Source: Bugula neritina
Lineage: Eukaryota; Animalia; Bryozoa
Assembly: GCA_964035545.1 (NCBI GenBank)
Contig: OZ037772.1
Span: 9,665,150 to 9,729,149 of the forward strand
Direction of reading: 5' to 3'
DNA: 64,000 nucleotides
The notes beneath the pieces were generated by a model. That model worked only from the letters and a program-made list of their open reading frames with translations, was not told where the DNA came from and ran no database searches. Shown one piece after another: positions 12,601 to 26,710 of this stretch; position 1 is the first letter of the stretch; each line of letters starts with the position of its first letter. A program made the position numbers and the translations under genes.

Positions 12601-15600
12601 CATCTTACCTACTTGCATACTTATTCAAATTGACAAGTTTAACACAAGTAAGATTTATAAAGCTATAGATTAGTTGTGATGCCATCACTAATAGCATCTT
12701 ATTACTAATAGATTCAAAGCTCATGTGCATTTACATGGAGTATGTATCGGGAGGGTCCGTGAAGGACTGGTTGAAAAAATATGGCGCTTTCAGTGAGGCC
12801 AGAACTAAGAGATACACTTTGCAGATGCTAAGTGGTCTCCTATATCTACATGAACAACGGTTTATTCACAGGGATTTAAAGTGTAAGTCGATGGGTTGTT
12901 TTTATCTCTGTCTGTCTTCAAGTCATCTGTATGTCTACTACTTGAGTGTTAGCAGACGTCTGATGTTAGGGAATGAGTCATTGTTTTTCTTTTCATCTGT
13001 AGTGTAGAAACCAGCCATTGGTTTGGTAAGTTTAATTTTTAAAATTATTTTCAGTTACCTCATGCTTCTACAAAAAAGCTTTTCAACTGCAAGTGATGCT
13101 ATTTAAGTATTTTTAAACATTTCCTTGTGAAAAAGTAAAAATTGTGTAGAACTATTTTATTATAAAAATTGTGTCAGGACTACTTTACAGCTGCTAATAT
13201 ATGTTTACAACTGTGTGTGTTTTGCAAGCGTTGATTCAGCAATAGCTTTTAGCTAATACTAAGAGCTCATTGCCTAGTAACTACTACTGAACAGTGAGTT
13301 TGAGGACGTTTGCACTTAACCAGGAAATTTTCTGTTTTACTTGTTAGTTTAGTCCTTAAGTTTCACCCGTGGTTGCTTCATTACATAGTAGAGAAATGCT
13401 GCTAGGTTTCACAATTTACATCTGTTGTTATATCTACTTTTACACCTACATCTAAACCTACTTTTAAATCTAACTTTGCACCTGCTTCAACACCTACATT
13501 TACATCTACCTTTACACCTACTTTTACACCTACCTTGCACTTACTTTTACATTTACATTTACCTTTAATATCACAATCAGTAGACTATTTTATTTGTATT
13601 GCAGAAGCATAACCTAACAGCATCCTATGATATAAATGGAGATACACAAAATTTGTGTTATTATTTATTTTCCTTTCCTGATTTAGGTTCAAACATGCTG
13701 TTTGGTGAAGGAGACAGCATCAAGCTGGCAGATTTTGGACTCTCGAAGGAAAGTCTTTGCTCAACATATGAAAGTAAAAGGACACTACACACAGAGGCTT
13801 GTGGTACAGCTCATTATATGGCACCAGAAGTTATGGCTGGAGAGGAATATGGCCGCAAATCAGATATTTGGTACGTCCATTTTTCCATTTTAGAAATGGT
13901 AGCATTAAGCTCTATAGAGTTAAATTGCTTAAATTACTTGTTTTCTCACCAGGAGTGCTGGAGCTACTGTGGTGGAGATGTTGACCACACAACCACCCTG
14001 GTATCAGCTGAAAGATTTCCAAGTCATGTACAAGATCAATTTGAAATCAGAACCTGAATATGTCCTTGACTCTAGTCTAAGTCCTGAAGTTAGAAATTTT
14101 TTGAATGTGATATTCAACTATGACAGCCGAAGTCGGCCTTCGACTGAGGAGTTGTTGCAACATGATTGGCTAAATGACCTTGAACTTCCAGCAGGTGATG
14201 GACATAATTTAATTTTGTGGCTTTGTTCGTAAATGTATGTTGATGGAAGTACATCCAGTTATACTAGTTAGTTGTCGTCCGCCATGATACTTTATCAATT
14301 AAATGTTGAAACACATTTAAATTATTTAAAAATAAAATTTTAATATAAATAAAATAACTAGAAGCTAATTAAAATGTTTTTCAAGACAAATTCAAACTCA
14401 ACTCAAAGTTTTGAGTCACTTTAGATATAGATTCATTACCCTAAGACCAGGGTAATTGAGAAATATTTTCTTCTAGTTTGTATTCTAAAGACTTACTCAC
14501 ATGCCAATGTAGTTTATTTTTCCACCCGATCATTGCACAAGGTTGGCTAATAAATTATACTAATTATCAAACTGTCTAAATTGGACAGAATACCATGTTT
14601 AGTCATGTGACTAGACATTCTATCAGCTTAACTTGCAGTTCATCGGTTGTGTTTATAAAAGTGTAGCTCTCAGCCTTGCTCTCTGTATTCTGGTGTCATT
14701 CTGGTGGTTTCCGGAAAGGTTCTAGAAAGATCTGGTGCCCGATAGGTCCTGGTTCCATCAGACTTCTGGTTTCATGACGTTTTCTGGTGCTGTAAGGTTT
14801 CTGGTTCTACAAAGATTCTGGTTCCCAAAAGGTCTTGGTTCCATGAGGTCTCTGGTGCCATACGGGTTCTAGAAGAGGGTTTGAGTTCCACTGGAAAAAA
14901 TTTTTTTTATAAACCTGCACATCCTTCTTAGCTGTATTGCTGATACATTTTATCTGTGATGTAGATGAGGATGTAATGGATACAGATCTTCTAGAGAATT
15001 TTCCAGAAAGAGTCAGCAATTGCTCTCCCTGTGATGTGGTGCGTTTGTTCTGCATTCAATGGTTACTAATGAAATATATTTCAACTGTTCCATGGAAAAT
15101 ATTATTGTTTTCAAAATGTTGTTTTTTGTTGAGTAACAGGAAATTAAGGGAACTTTATTACTGTATATGAAACGATAATGGTAATTGCTAAGATGGTTAA
15201 ACAGGTATTGTCAATTGAACCAAAATAAAATCTAAATTACTCAATAATTGCAAATGTTTTGGTGTAGTTGGTCCCGCTGGTGGCAGACAATTTCTAATCT
15301 AGCTATTTATTTCTTATCTCATTCTTTTAGGGAGTCCAGAAAGATGAAGAACAGAGCCCAATATATCGTTCTCTTTCAATTCCTTCTCTTTCCAGTTGTG
15401 TCTATGAAGATGTGAATTACGGGTACTTTAAATCACCCAACTATGAGGTGCTTCAAAAAGTATGTTATTTTTTCTTTTAAAATATGTTCTAGCTTTAATC
15501 TGATTTGTAATTGATGCGTTCCCTCTATATCTTACTAAGCTGCCGGTCCTGAAATCTTAATTCATGACATATAGAATATACCATATTTAATTCACGGATC

Positions 15601-18173
15601 TGTTGAATACAACCATGTTATCCCACATCCCACATCCACAAGCTACAAAATGGGGTCTAAGCCCTTCTCCCGCCCCATGGATTTTTGTTAGGAATAGATC
15701 GGGGAGGCAGGCACTGTATTTTGGTTTCAACTACGACATTAGATTAAAAATTTAAATATCTGCAGGATAAAATAATTTTACTAAAAAACTCCATTTGTCG
15801 TTCAACCTGCTCTTTTATCACAAAGGATATTTTTATTTGGAGCACTTTTCATATTTTTTATAGAAATTAACATGTGAGAATTTTTATTTCAATTATTAAA
15901 GCAAAGCAATAGAAAGAAATTCCTTCAGAGGGTAAAACAACTCTTTACTAAAAAGAAAGCCAGTAAACCTGTCAGAAAACGTGCAGTTGAGAAAGCCACC
16001 ATGACTGAGCCGGTAGACTTGGGTTCAGAAGATTATGCCATAGTTAGTGAGGAAGGCTCCTCCCTTGTGCCGCAATATCACTATAGCGCCAGTTCTTCAC
16101 TGCACGACTCATACGGATATGAAACCCCAGGTACATGTAACCATTGCAGACATGTAGAAGCTGTTAGTATTTGTAGCAACAATTATAATCATATAATAGA
16201 GTAATATCACTATTATATTATATAATGTTATTATATATTTATATATGTTATATAATTATATAATACATTGTTGTACATTATACTATTTAAAATATCATGC
16301 TTTAGTAGCTTACACAAATAACGGCTATTCCAGAAATGTTTTTAATGTATTATGTATTGATATTATTGTATTATAATATATTAAATACTGGTATTACTTT
16401 ATTATTATAATTATGTTATAATATGTGCTGATATAGTATATTATGTTACACACTGATATCACATTGTTATTGTAGTAAACAATGTACTGATATATGCTAT
16501 AATATTATTATAATATATTTTATTATGTATTGATTTTAGTTATGCTAATAAACTATTATCTGAGTCAGCCAATTAGAATGTATCTGTAACTCTGCAATTT
16601 CAGACCTACTAGCCAACCAGTCTCCATACATCAACGTCCAGGGTTCAGCAGACGATGATGTGGAGACAACTCTCATGCAGACAAACCTTGGTGTATACCA
16701 ATTTACAAGTGATTATATTATTATATATTATTACATAATAATATTCTATTGTATTATAATGCAGTATTTTATTGCAATATGCTATATTATGTTTCTATGT
16801 AATATATTGATATATGTATATTTTATTGACCTCCAGATTTTTTTTCATTCACTAAAGCAACATGTATGTTCAAAGCCATCGCTATACAGAACAATTAAAA
16901 AAGCTAATCTTGGACGTAACTTGCTATGGCAATGTACAGCAGCTTAGAAACTTTTTTATTTCAAGCAATAAATTGGGTTTTATTTAAAAGTAGTTATTTA
17001 CTGCATTGGTGGAAAGTTTTATTTTATTGTGAGGTAGTTTAACTGTCTGAATTTAACTTTAGTTTGAAACTCAGTTGTGGCTAGTAACAAATTATTTTTT
17101 TCTTGAGGTGCATTTATATTGGAGTACTAAGTTGCGATTAATTTTACCATGTTAACACATTTACATCTAAATTAAGTAATTAAGAAATGCCGATATCTGC
17201 AACGGTTTATCATTTCCTTATACTATTATTATGAAAAAGTCATCACAAGGAAATGATTTTAAGGAGGGGCTTCACAATGCAGCTTTTCACCTTGACCAAA
17301 TTGAATTTTTGACTGAAGATCGTGAATGTATCAGCGCACCCTTACAGTTTCAGTTCCTATAGCTATAGCTAGCTGTAGCACAGTTTAATATATTTATATA
17401 GTTATAATGGACCTACTTTATTTATTGTAGACGAACCAGATAATGATGACACTGTATATATCAATGTACCAGACTTCACACAGAAAGCTGTAACAAGCAA
17501 TGTGGACACTGCACGTACTCTGGAGAAAGTACCGGAAGTAATCATCAACTCGGGTAATTGCTGAATTATTTCACCCCCTCCCCCCCCAAAAAAAATATTT
17601 CAAATTTATTGCGTCTAATTGTTTAAGTCAGCTTTAAGCTTGTTGTATTGTGTCAGTTACCAATAACATTCGATGAAAGTCAGCAATAATTACTATTAGT
17701 TTTATAGTATTGCAAACTTCAGTGCCGAATGAAATACTCGTCAGCAAAAGTTTCGTTATAAAACAGAATAATTTGAGCATTCAACCCTCAAACAGTCTGT
17801 AGATAATATATAAAAATATTTTCATACTGTGTGGATGTATTATGAATTCTTTAATTAATTGTGCAAAATTTTTTTTAAGAGTTTGTCTCCCTTGCTCTTT
17901 GTCATGTTATGGTATTAAGTGGCCCCTTTCGTTTCGTCATAATTTTCTGATGTGTATGCACTAACTAAAATAAAAAAAAACCATACACTATATTCTCAAC
18001 ACTTACATGAAATAATCACATATTACATGCCTAGGGCTATCTAAGCTACTTTTGCTATGCGATTATATCACTTTTAAAAAGAAAACTTGAAAAAAAGTTA
18101 CATCTTTACTTTCTAAATTTTCTAATATATTTTTCCAGAGATGGTGTACGATGTCCCTATGACCACCTCCTAG
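9684..18173 (+). CDS. MAP3K (MEKK2/3-like, STE11 family) Ser/Thr kinase, copy 1, with long tyrosine-motif C-terminal tail (~519 aa)
   Basis: Exons 9684-9720, 10155-10187, 10959-11095, 11643-11748, 12712-12882, 13687-13870, 13953-14194, 14965-15038, 15331-15459, 15929-16130, 16604-16690, 17431-17553, 18139-18173 are all GT-AG and in frame. Motifs: [80 protein letters not shown], close to MEKK3 MEYMPGGSVKDQLKAYGAL / [24 protein letters not shown]. Kinase exons are secure; the first two exons and the tail exons are less certain. Confidence 0.85.
10320..10527 (+). mobile_element. tRNA-Thr-derived SINE
   Basis: Same family; B box gggttcgaaaccc; lies in an intron of kinase copy 1. Confidence 0.85.
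11420..11561. mobile_element. ~150-bp MITE, copy B
   Basis: gcagtaatggaaagttgg ... ttcaactttctccactactgc; homologous to 9151-9302. Confidence 0.55.
12030..12293. repeat. 17-bp minisatellite (agatgggtggagtatat) x~15
   Basis: Head-to-tail copies in an intron of kinase copy 1. Confidence 0.95.
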
Positions 18174-19571
18174 CTGCATGATTAATGAATGTAGAAGTTG
18201 GAAATATGGCTGAATCAATGTCTGTTATGGTCTCAGTACAGCTGTTTCCCTTCACTGAACTCTGCATAATGTTTACCTTATTATGACCCGAATTATGAAC
18301 GCATTAATCAATATTGTTATAAATGCAAGATTTTGTATTATTTTCATAATTTTACCCAGACTGTTGTGGTATAGATCCACACTGACTCAACTCATATTGA
18401 ATTACATTTGTTTTGCTATTATATCATAACTTTTCTATAAACTTGTTTTTATTATATTTTACATGAATATATGAAAAGTAATGTTTTATTATTTTTTATT
18501 TAGTTTTAATTTTACGTTTTTCAAAAAAATCTATGCATGCTTATATTTTTTATAATTTCAACAGTGTAAGCTAGTGCCTTTATGTGCCATATTAATAAAT
18601 CATGGTAAAACTTTCTATTCAAATTTTACAAAACTTTGACTTTTACTATTGTGAATTATCAGTGTATAGTGTTTATTACATTTAAGATACTTTAAATATA
18701 TTTGCCACTATAGGTTTAAAGATTTTTTTCTGGTTAAATTACTGTTTTTCAATTTTCTGCTCTTCAAGTGTCTTTTGCAAAAATTCAATTTCACTTCAAA
18801 TGTGTAGAAACTTGTCACTTTACTATAGTAAATAGCTAGCTACTGTAACATAGAGATTCTTATTTACATGCGATATAAAACATACAAACATTCCTAACCT
18901 TTACTATAGCCTACAGATTATAAGGATTATAATTGTGACTACTGTACTACATAAAAAAGCATTCAAAATTCTATTGGAGTAAAGCTATACTACAGTGTAC
19001 ATAATACAATTATTATGTTCAAAAGAAATTGACTGGACTACAACATGAAGTTTTCTGTACAAGTTTTAAATACTACATTGAAGCGTCTTTCTATGAAGTA
19101 TAGTTGGGGTAGTCATAGAAGTTTTTAGAGGATAGTAAATCTAGTTTTCAGCTAAAACAGGGGAACAGTGAAGTTTAGTAATACACTATAAGTGTAACAT
19201 TCACCTTATCATTATGAACAGTTATGCTTCTGAAATATCACTTGACATATTTGAATGTAACATAATATAGTTGTTACTTGTTAGCTATTTACTAATATTA
19301 GTAGTACTCCTATACGACCTTTGAACTTTGCTGGAAGTTTGGAGTTTGGCTAAATTTGATAGCTGCTTTTAGTGTCTGTTTTAGGTAACTGATTATATTA
19401 AGTTTATGGCAATTTATAATAAACTTTTCAGTTATATCTGAACTTTAATCCTTTACATCATTTTAAGTGACTGGATCAGGCATTTTTGTTTTTCCACTGT
19501 TTACATTTAAACTTAAATAAAAAGAATTAGGATCATTTCAATTGATTTGATATAATGCAGAGTGACCTATA

Positions 19572-19906
19572 AGCCTAGGGCCACACGGTGAGTATTTTCG
19601 CATGCGAAAATTGAAATCACAGGTAGCAAAGGTGTCCACTGTAGCGTCAGTGATGCGTGATAAATAAAGCTTTCATTTTTAAATCGCACTCGCTTTCAAT
19701 AAAACGCAATTTACTGGAATGTAGCACTAAAATAAAGAAATTGGGCTCGCTGAATAATTACCAGCCTATTAGGTGACGAAGACAGAGACGATTCGCACTT
19801 GCGTTGAAAATGCAGAGCGACAAGTGCGAATGTTTTCTCAACGGCGCACAGTGGACACCTTTGCTACTTTTTGCATGCAAAAATACGCACAATGTGGCCC
19901 TAGGCT
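19572..19906. mobile_element. MITE with TA target-site duplication
   Basis: TA|AGCCTAGGGCCACA ... TGTGGCCCTAGGCT|TA; subterminal inverted pair gtagcaaaggtgtccactgt / acagtggacacctttgctac. Confidence 0.88.
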
Positions 19907-22900
19907 TAGTTATATAATAACAGCTTTCAAAATGATACGCAATAAGTAATTTTTATACTGACGCACACAGTTACTTCAGAACAAATAGAGGATGAAAATC
20001 CATTACAATATATTAGCCTATATATTTTTATTTACAATGATCATGATATGAGGTTTATAATTTTTGTACAACAATTACATCTTTTAAGGTGAAAACGAAA
20101 CTGGTAAAAAATATACCCATAGACTGTATTCTAGCCTTCTTGCATGCAATAACTTATACTAGGCACTTTGAAAATAGCTCATCTTGTTTACAGACACCAC
20201 AACTTTTTGACACATAATGTAAATCATGATCCTTTTAGCAGCCAACTTTAGATAAAAACATTCTATATTGTATGTGAATTAGATAAATATTGCGCAGTAG
20301 TTATAACTTTTGTAGCTTTGTTCTGAAGCATATATTCGATTTCTTCAAGTAACCGGTATATATGCAAAGGAGATTTGTTTTTTTAATTACACTACAGTCA
20401 TTTGATGTTTACAAGAAATATAATGATCAGTGGAAAAACAGTGTTAAGATAGCGATTTTAAATTAAGCCAGTAAAGTGTCCAAAGATCATGCAGCTATAT
20501 AGCAGAAATTGGATGAAGGCTGTCAAAAGAGTAATTAGGTTGTTGGCAAAGGAACTCACAGTAAATTTATAAACATGCGCTATTTTAATAATAATATTGT
20601 TATAAATTTGCCCATAGAAGAATAATCAAAATGCCACCTCTACCAATCAAATATTCAGTCTGTGTTATACTTAATTTTTACTTCTGCATTTCAAATGTTA
20701 AACGTTATGCTGAGACTTGTTTCTACCAGTTTGCTACAGTATTTTTCTTCCAACTAACTAAATTATTTTTCTTCTAACTTACTAAAGTATAGTTCTATGG
20801 GCTTTCTAAAGTACATTTTTGGCAGCCAATTAAGTTAGTGTACTTCTTCCAGTGCTGAAACATGTTTTAAAATGATGAATGCATTAATATATTATGCCAA
20901 CTATACATAATCTCTAGTACTGTATTGAACATTGTAAAAGTAAAACAATGTTGTCATTTTTAAAATGTTTTATAGTAAATTGTAGTGTTCTACTGCAATA
21001 ATTAAAATATTGAAAGTATTTCATGCCATGTCTATGTGTTAAGTTTATATAATTTACTTTATATGTATTTAATGTTTATATGAAAATTGATGTACCAAAT
21101 ACACAATGTCAATGGCAATGCGTTAATATGTAGTAACTATACATGCAGTCATACTTATTATGAACAAGGAGGTTTCAATACAAAACTACACATTAGATTA
21201 GCCAGATAGTTAGAATTCAGCTGCAATTGCTATTCAACACATGGACAGTTGCAGATGCATTATAGTGTCAGATTTATGCATAGACTCAGTTTTATACTTT
21301 AGAGTTTGGAATCTTTGTTTGGGCAGACTACAAGACACCATTGTTAAAACCATGAGCCTATTCTATACTCCGCCCCTAATAGCATGACCTCTAGCAATCC
21401 GGTGACCCTGAAAGTGATATAACTCAGTAAACAGCAGCCAAATTTTCACTTCGCCTCGGCTGGGGTTACAAGCTAGTTAGTATAAATAATTTTTATCTAC
21501 CAATCACCTACGATGCTGGCAAAATCTGAAACTTGTGATAAAGATGTGCGGGTTGCCTTGTTGCCAGCCATAATTTGTTTTAACATAGTTTTTAAGATCA
21601 CTGTTGTAGGCTATGACATAGTGTATATAGTAGCATGCAAGGAGCATTTGCTTAGTTGCATTTTTAATGTATAACACTAAGTTGGGTTTAGTTCATGCTT
21701 TTTTACTTAACTAAACCTATACTGTGTCAACCAAATAGTGTGGAGATCAGTTGAAGTCAGGTATGGTTAGTTTGTAAAAATTATGAACAGCATAACATTG
21801 TGAGTAAAAATTATATTTGCTTATTTGTGTTTTTTATTTTACTAGCATACCTTCAGATTGCTGACATAATAATTTTATTATCATTTGCAATTTTTTCTTC
21901 AAATTGAAAATTTAGAAGATGGCTATATATTGCATATATATTACATGCATACATACATGCATATATATATATATATATGTACACATATATATAAGATTTG
22001 TACTGAGGAAATTACTTATTTAGGAGTGATTATCTACAGTCAATTCTAAAGTCTACTCATTCTACACAATCAGCACAGTAATCAATGATAATAAAGGCTC
22101 TGAGTTGTATAAAATATGTTCCTTTTGATTTGCCCTTGACTACAAAGCTGTTGAAACATTTGAGGTTATGTCACTGAATAGCTTGAATTTTGTGTTATAT
22201 AACTATCATACAGGTTCTGTTGTAAATTTATGTGAGTTGAATTACACTGTGTGGGTTATTGAGAATCTATATAAGAGCATGTAACCTATGTGTGAAAGTG
22301 TTGGTCAGAGCTAACAATCCTGTATGCAATAATCCAGTATTGATTTTAAGAATAATAATCGAGTGAGAAAAACTACATAAGAATTACATAGGTAAAAATA
22401 TAAAAGTACAGAGTACTACAACAACTAAACAATTAAACTAAGCCTGCTCTACTAGATAACAACGTGGGGCTGGCGAGGATGTGTTATTTATACCTGCGCA
22501 GCAAACACTCTTGCATACAGTTAACGTATAGACAGCCATGTGGTCACTAGTCAATCATAGCTTAGTAGCGCAGAATGTCAATGGTGTTGGGTGTTATATA
22601 AGGCTTAGCCTCCAGGTTAGGCATATGACATATGAATGCCTGAAAATCACTAAAATTCATAAATTTTTACCCCAAACATTGTTGCTTAGATTTTATAACA
22701 TATCAATCCATATTGGAATAATTTGTTTTGATCTCTTATTGTACAACGACTTTCATATTATGTTCAATGAATAAGATATGGATTATAGTTTAATGAAATC
22801 AAGCTTTGAGCTGCAATCAAAAGCTGCTTGACAAAACCAAAATATTTTAAGGTATGCAAAGAATAATGTCAATTCACACTACAGCTAAAATAAGCTTACT

Positions 22901-23001
22901 TTTAGCTGTAGTGTAAGCGGGACATAGGGCTGTAGGGTTTACTGTAAAGTATTATTTTAGGATATTTAGCTGTTAGCTAGATGACGTGGTAAAATGATGC
23001 A

Positions 23002-25106
23002 ATGGCTGAGGGCTTCTTCACAGCAGATCTCGATTTGAACGGTTTGTGTGATATAATATAACTACTTCTACTCAAGTTAATTGAACTCATCCAAATCTTT
23101 TATCTAAAATAATTTTCTTTCTATCGATCTTTTTTCTGTTCCTGCAGTTGTAAAACTGATAGTATTAAAATTGTCTGTTAGTTATGGTACACCAAAAATT
23201 ATATCTGTTAGAATCGATAAATGTTGATTTTTCTTATGATAAAATAAGTACAGAAAGCATTTAAAATTTTTAAAAAATTGAGACATGATTCGAAATAAGC
23301 CATTGTTGTGTTTCAAAGGAGACTCAAGATGTAGATTATCTATTTAATGGCAAAACAACTATCTTAGCTTTGGGTCTGTTGGTCCTAATGAGACCGATTT
23401 CTAAATTCCTGGCAACATTATTTACCTATGCTCTATAATGGTATTCGTGTTTTTCACAGCTTCTTTTACTACAAAAGAATATCTTGGTAAAGGTAAATTT
23501 GGGAATGTCTACAAACAGTATGATGAATCGAGTAAACGATACATAGCTTGTAAGGAGGTGGACTTGGGTTTGGTTACTGAGGCAGGATATGAGAAGGTAT
23601 TCCTGTATTTATATATATGATTGATTTTATTTGCCATTTAATCAAGGTTTAACATATAGATGTTTTTCTAGTGTAGTTGATGCATTTGTTACATTCTTAC
23701 AACTAAATGCTCAGCTGAAGCTCTTGATATTTGAAAGTTGTTTTCATATGACCCCCCTTGTAATGCCTTGTTGCCTTTTCATCAAGCATATGACTTTTTA
23801 GAATAGTATTTCAAATGGTAGTTTTGAAGTACAGCTTTAATTAAAGAATTTCTGACACACTTTATTTGTGCAGTAGGAGAATATCATTTTTATGTCTTAG
23901 CTGTCATTAAGGATTGAGGATTGCAAATTCAAACAGTTTTGCTTTATAAGAAATTCTGTGTCCATGGCTTTTGCTAGGTTCAGGAGTTTGTGATATTATA
24001 AATACTATTTAGTGGTGACTTTCATTCAATTCTTTTTAGCGAACAGCAATTCATGACTAGACTAGCTTGAAACTTTTAGCTAGTCTAGTGGTTAGGCTGT
24101 GTGTTGCAGCAGCTAAGAATAACATGCAATGATACTTAGCAATAATCAGTATTAATTTTATAACACCATGGACTTTGAACTTAACTTTAAAATTATCAAA
24201 AAGTGATCTAAAATCCCTAATCAATTTGTGCATAATATGTCTGAACACAATTTATCGTAAAACAATCTGTAGAGAGTAGGGAGATGAGGGAGCAGCCGTG
24301 CTTTAACTGTTGAAGTGTTTGCCTATTAAACGTGAAGTCATGGGTTCGAACTCTGACAAAGGCCGTTAGTGATGTTAGGAAAAGCATCCAGCCATAATTG
24401 CTCCTGTGCCCCATCTAAATAAGCATGCTTTAACAAAAGCCCTTGCTATTAGGGGTTTTCTCATAGGGATGGTGACTACGTAAACTTACGTGAGTGAGTC
24501 TGTGTAGAAGATAGCTTAGAAGATATATGTAAATATATTTTATTACTGCATGAATAAATTGTATGTCAGGAAACAGATAATGGCTTTTTAACAAAAAAGC
24601 TAGCCAAACTTTTTTACAATAAAAAAATGCAATAATTATACAAAAAAAAATTGCTAGCTTAGCTATCAATTGAAATGACTGAAAAGTTGTTTGTGCATCT
24701 AAATATAGTATTCAAACAAAAAACCTTACCTATATATCTGTCAAGTGAGATCCAAATGTTGCACTTACTTACAAAATCTAATTTCTAGAAAGTTAAAGAA
24801 GCTATGAAGGAAGTGAGTGCAATGAAAAAATTGACCCATTTAAGTATCGTCAAGTACTATGGGTATAAAGTAATACAGGCCGACCAACGCAACTCAGGTT
24901 TGATAAAATTGAAGTATTAATATTATATGAAATTTGTCCCCAACAAACAATCATTGTTATATATCATTACTATTAGGAACAGTATCCATCTACTATAAAT
25001 ATATTTTAATTCACCTTTTGTTTGTTTCTGTAATATACTTTAGTTGATTTATATTGCTAAAGTATTCTAAGCCAGTATGTTTGCAGTAATATTAAAATTT
25101 TATTTA

Positions 25107-25164
<58 letters not shown>

Positions 25165-26710
25165 CATATTAGAGACTAAAATTCTATGCATTTATATGGA
25201 GTATGTTTCGGGAGGGTCTGTGAAAGACCGTTTGAATAAGGAAGGAGCTTTCAATGAGATTCAGGCTATAATATATACAGAGCAATTGTTACTTGCTGTC
25301 TCTTACCTTCATAAACAAGGTATCATACACAGAGACTTGAAATGTAAGTGGAATTTAAAGTGTTTAAGTAAAACTTGAAATGTAAACTTGCTGTACATAC
25401 AATAAAATATGCTACAAACCTCTCAAAATATTTACTTTTTTTACAAACATATAGAAGAATGTTAATTTAATACTATATTTTTCTATATGTCTGTCATAAT
25501 TTTTATTCCAGGTTCCAACATGTTGCTAAATGGTCTTTTTATCTTGAAACTAGCAGACTTTGGAATAGCTAAGGAATGTCATCATTCAACACTTAACAGT
25601 AGAGGAATGCTACACACTGCTACTTGTGGTACAGCTCACTATATGGCACCAGAAGTTATGGCTGGGGAGGAGTATGGTGGGAAGGCAGATATTTGGTCAG
25701 TTTTCTTCTTTTAGAATAAAAGTATATGTTATTAAATTTCAGCAAGTTTTTAACTTACTACGTAATCCTTCTTACTTTATAAAAGGAGTGCTGGAGCTAC
25801 TGTGGTGGAGATGTTGACCACACAACCACCCTGGTATAAGCTGAAAGATTTCCAAGTTATGTATAGAATTGGACAAAAAGAAAAACCGGAATATGTCCTT
25901 GACTCTAGTCTGGGACCTGAAGTTAGAAATTTCCTGGATGTGATATTCAACTATGATAGTGAACGACGACCTTCGGCTGATGAACTTTTGGGACATTGCT
26001 GGTTTTCTTTCTGTAAACATCTTGGAGGTTAGTGGATAGTCGCAAAACACAAGTTTTATAGTTGTGACTATTATTTAATAAAATATAATTCAATTATACA
26101 TAGTGCCAATGTTGTTTATAACTTCTATTTTATAGCTTACACGTACACTACTTATATATTAAATTATGTTCATTACAACATAAATAATAGTTTTTAGCCT
26201 AGGTTTTGGTAGAATAGTTGAATTTGCTGCTTTGTGTTAGGTTTTTATTACATGTACTAATTAATAAAACCAGTAAATTCTATTGCAACCCAATTTTGGT
26301 ATAATCCGTAAGAATAAAACCAAGTTTGTGTAACTAGAGAAGGAGACAACTTCAAAGAGTGACATTTCCAAATGTTGCACTATTCCGTTCTTGAACTTGT
26401 AAAAACAACCTTTAGTGCATTAGCTGGGCTCAATACATTGTAAGAAATATCGTGTTAATTTCTTTTCTGGGTCTGAGAAAATTTGCAGCTATGTAATGCA
26501 TATAATTTAAATGTGTAAATGATGTTTCATACAAGTAAAGAGCAGACAAATCTAAATGTTATTTTCTGACAATGCATTATACAGCATCTCACTTTTGCTC
26601 TCGTGTAGAACACTTTAGGTAGCCAAGAGTATTAACTAAAATTCCTGTATGTTTGCGTTGCAGTTGCGGCAGAGCAGGCTGTCTCACTTTTACACGCAGT
26701 CTTTAGCTGA
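23002..26710 (+). CDS. MAP3K (MEKK2/3-like) kinase, copy 2 (~309 aa, kinase domain plus 15-aa tail)
   Basis: Exons 23002-23041 (MAEGFFTADLDLN), 23460-23596, 24789-24897, 25173-25343, 25512-25695, 25786-26027, 26664-26710 (VAAEQAVSLLHAVFS*). Motifs [21 protein letters not shown], APE are intact. Unspliced read-through would stop at 26032. Confidence 0.88.
24287..24497 (+). mobile_element. tRNA-Thr-derived SINE
   Basis: Same family; gggttcgaactc; lies in intron 2 of kinase copy 2 and is absent from the paralogous introns of copies 3 and 4. Confidence 0.85.
25110..25161. repeat. (TA)n microsatellite
   Basis: Seen directly; ends about 11 nt before a splice acceptor. Confidence 0.95.

Noticed and set aside
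22280-22640. Possible second solo LTR (starts TGTAAC)
   Set aside because: No clean matching end or target-site duplication could be identified.
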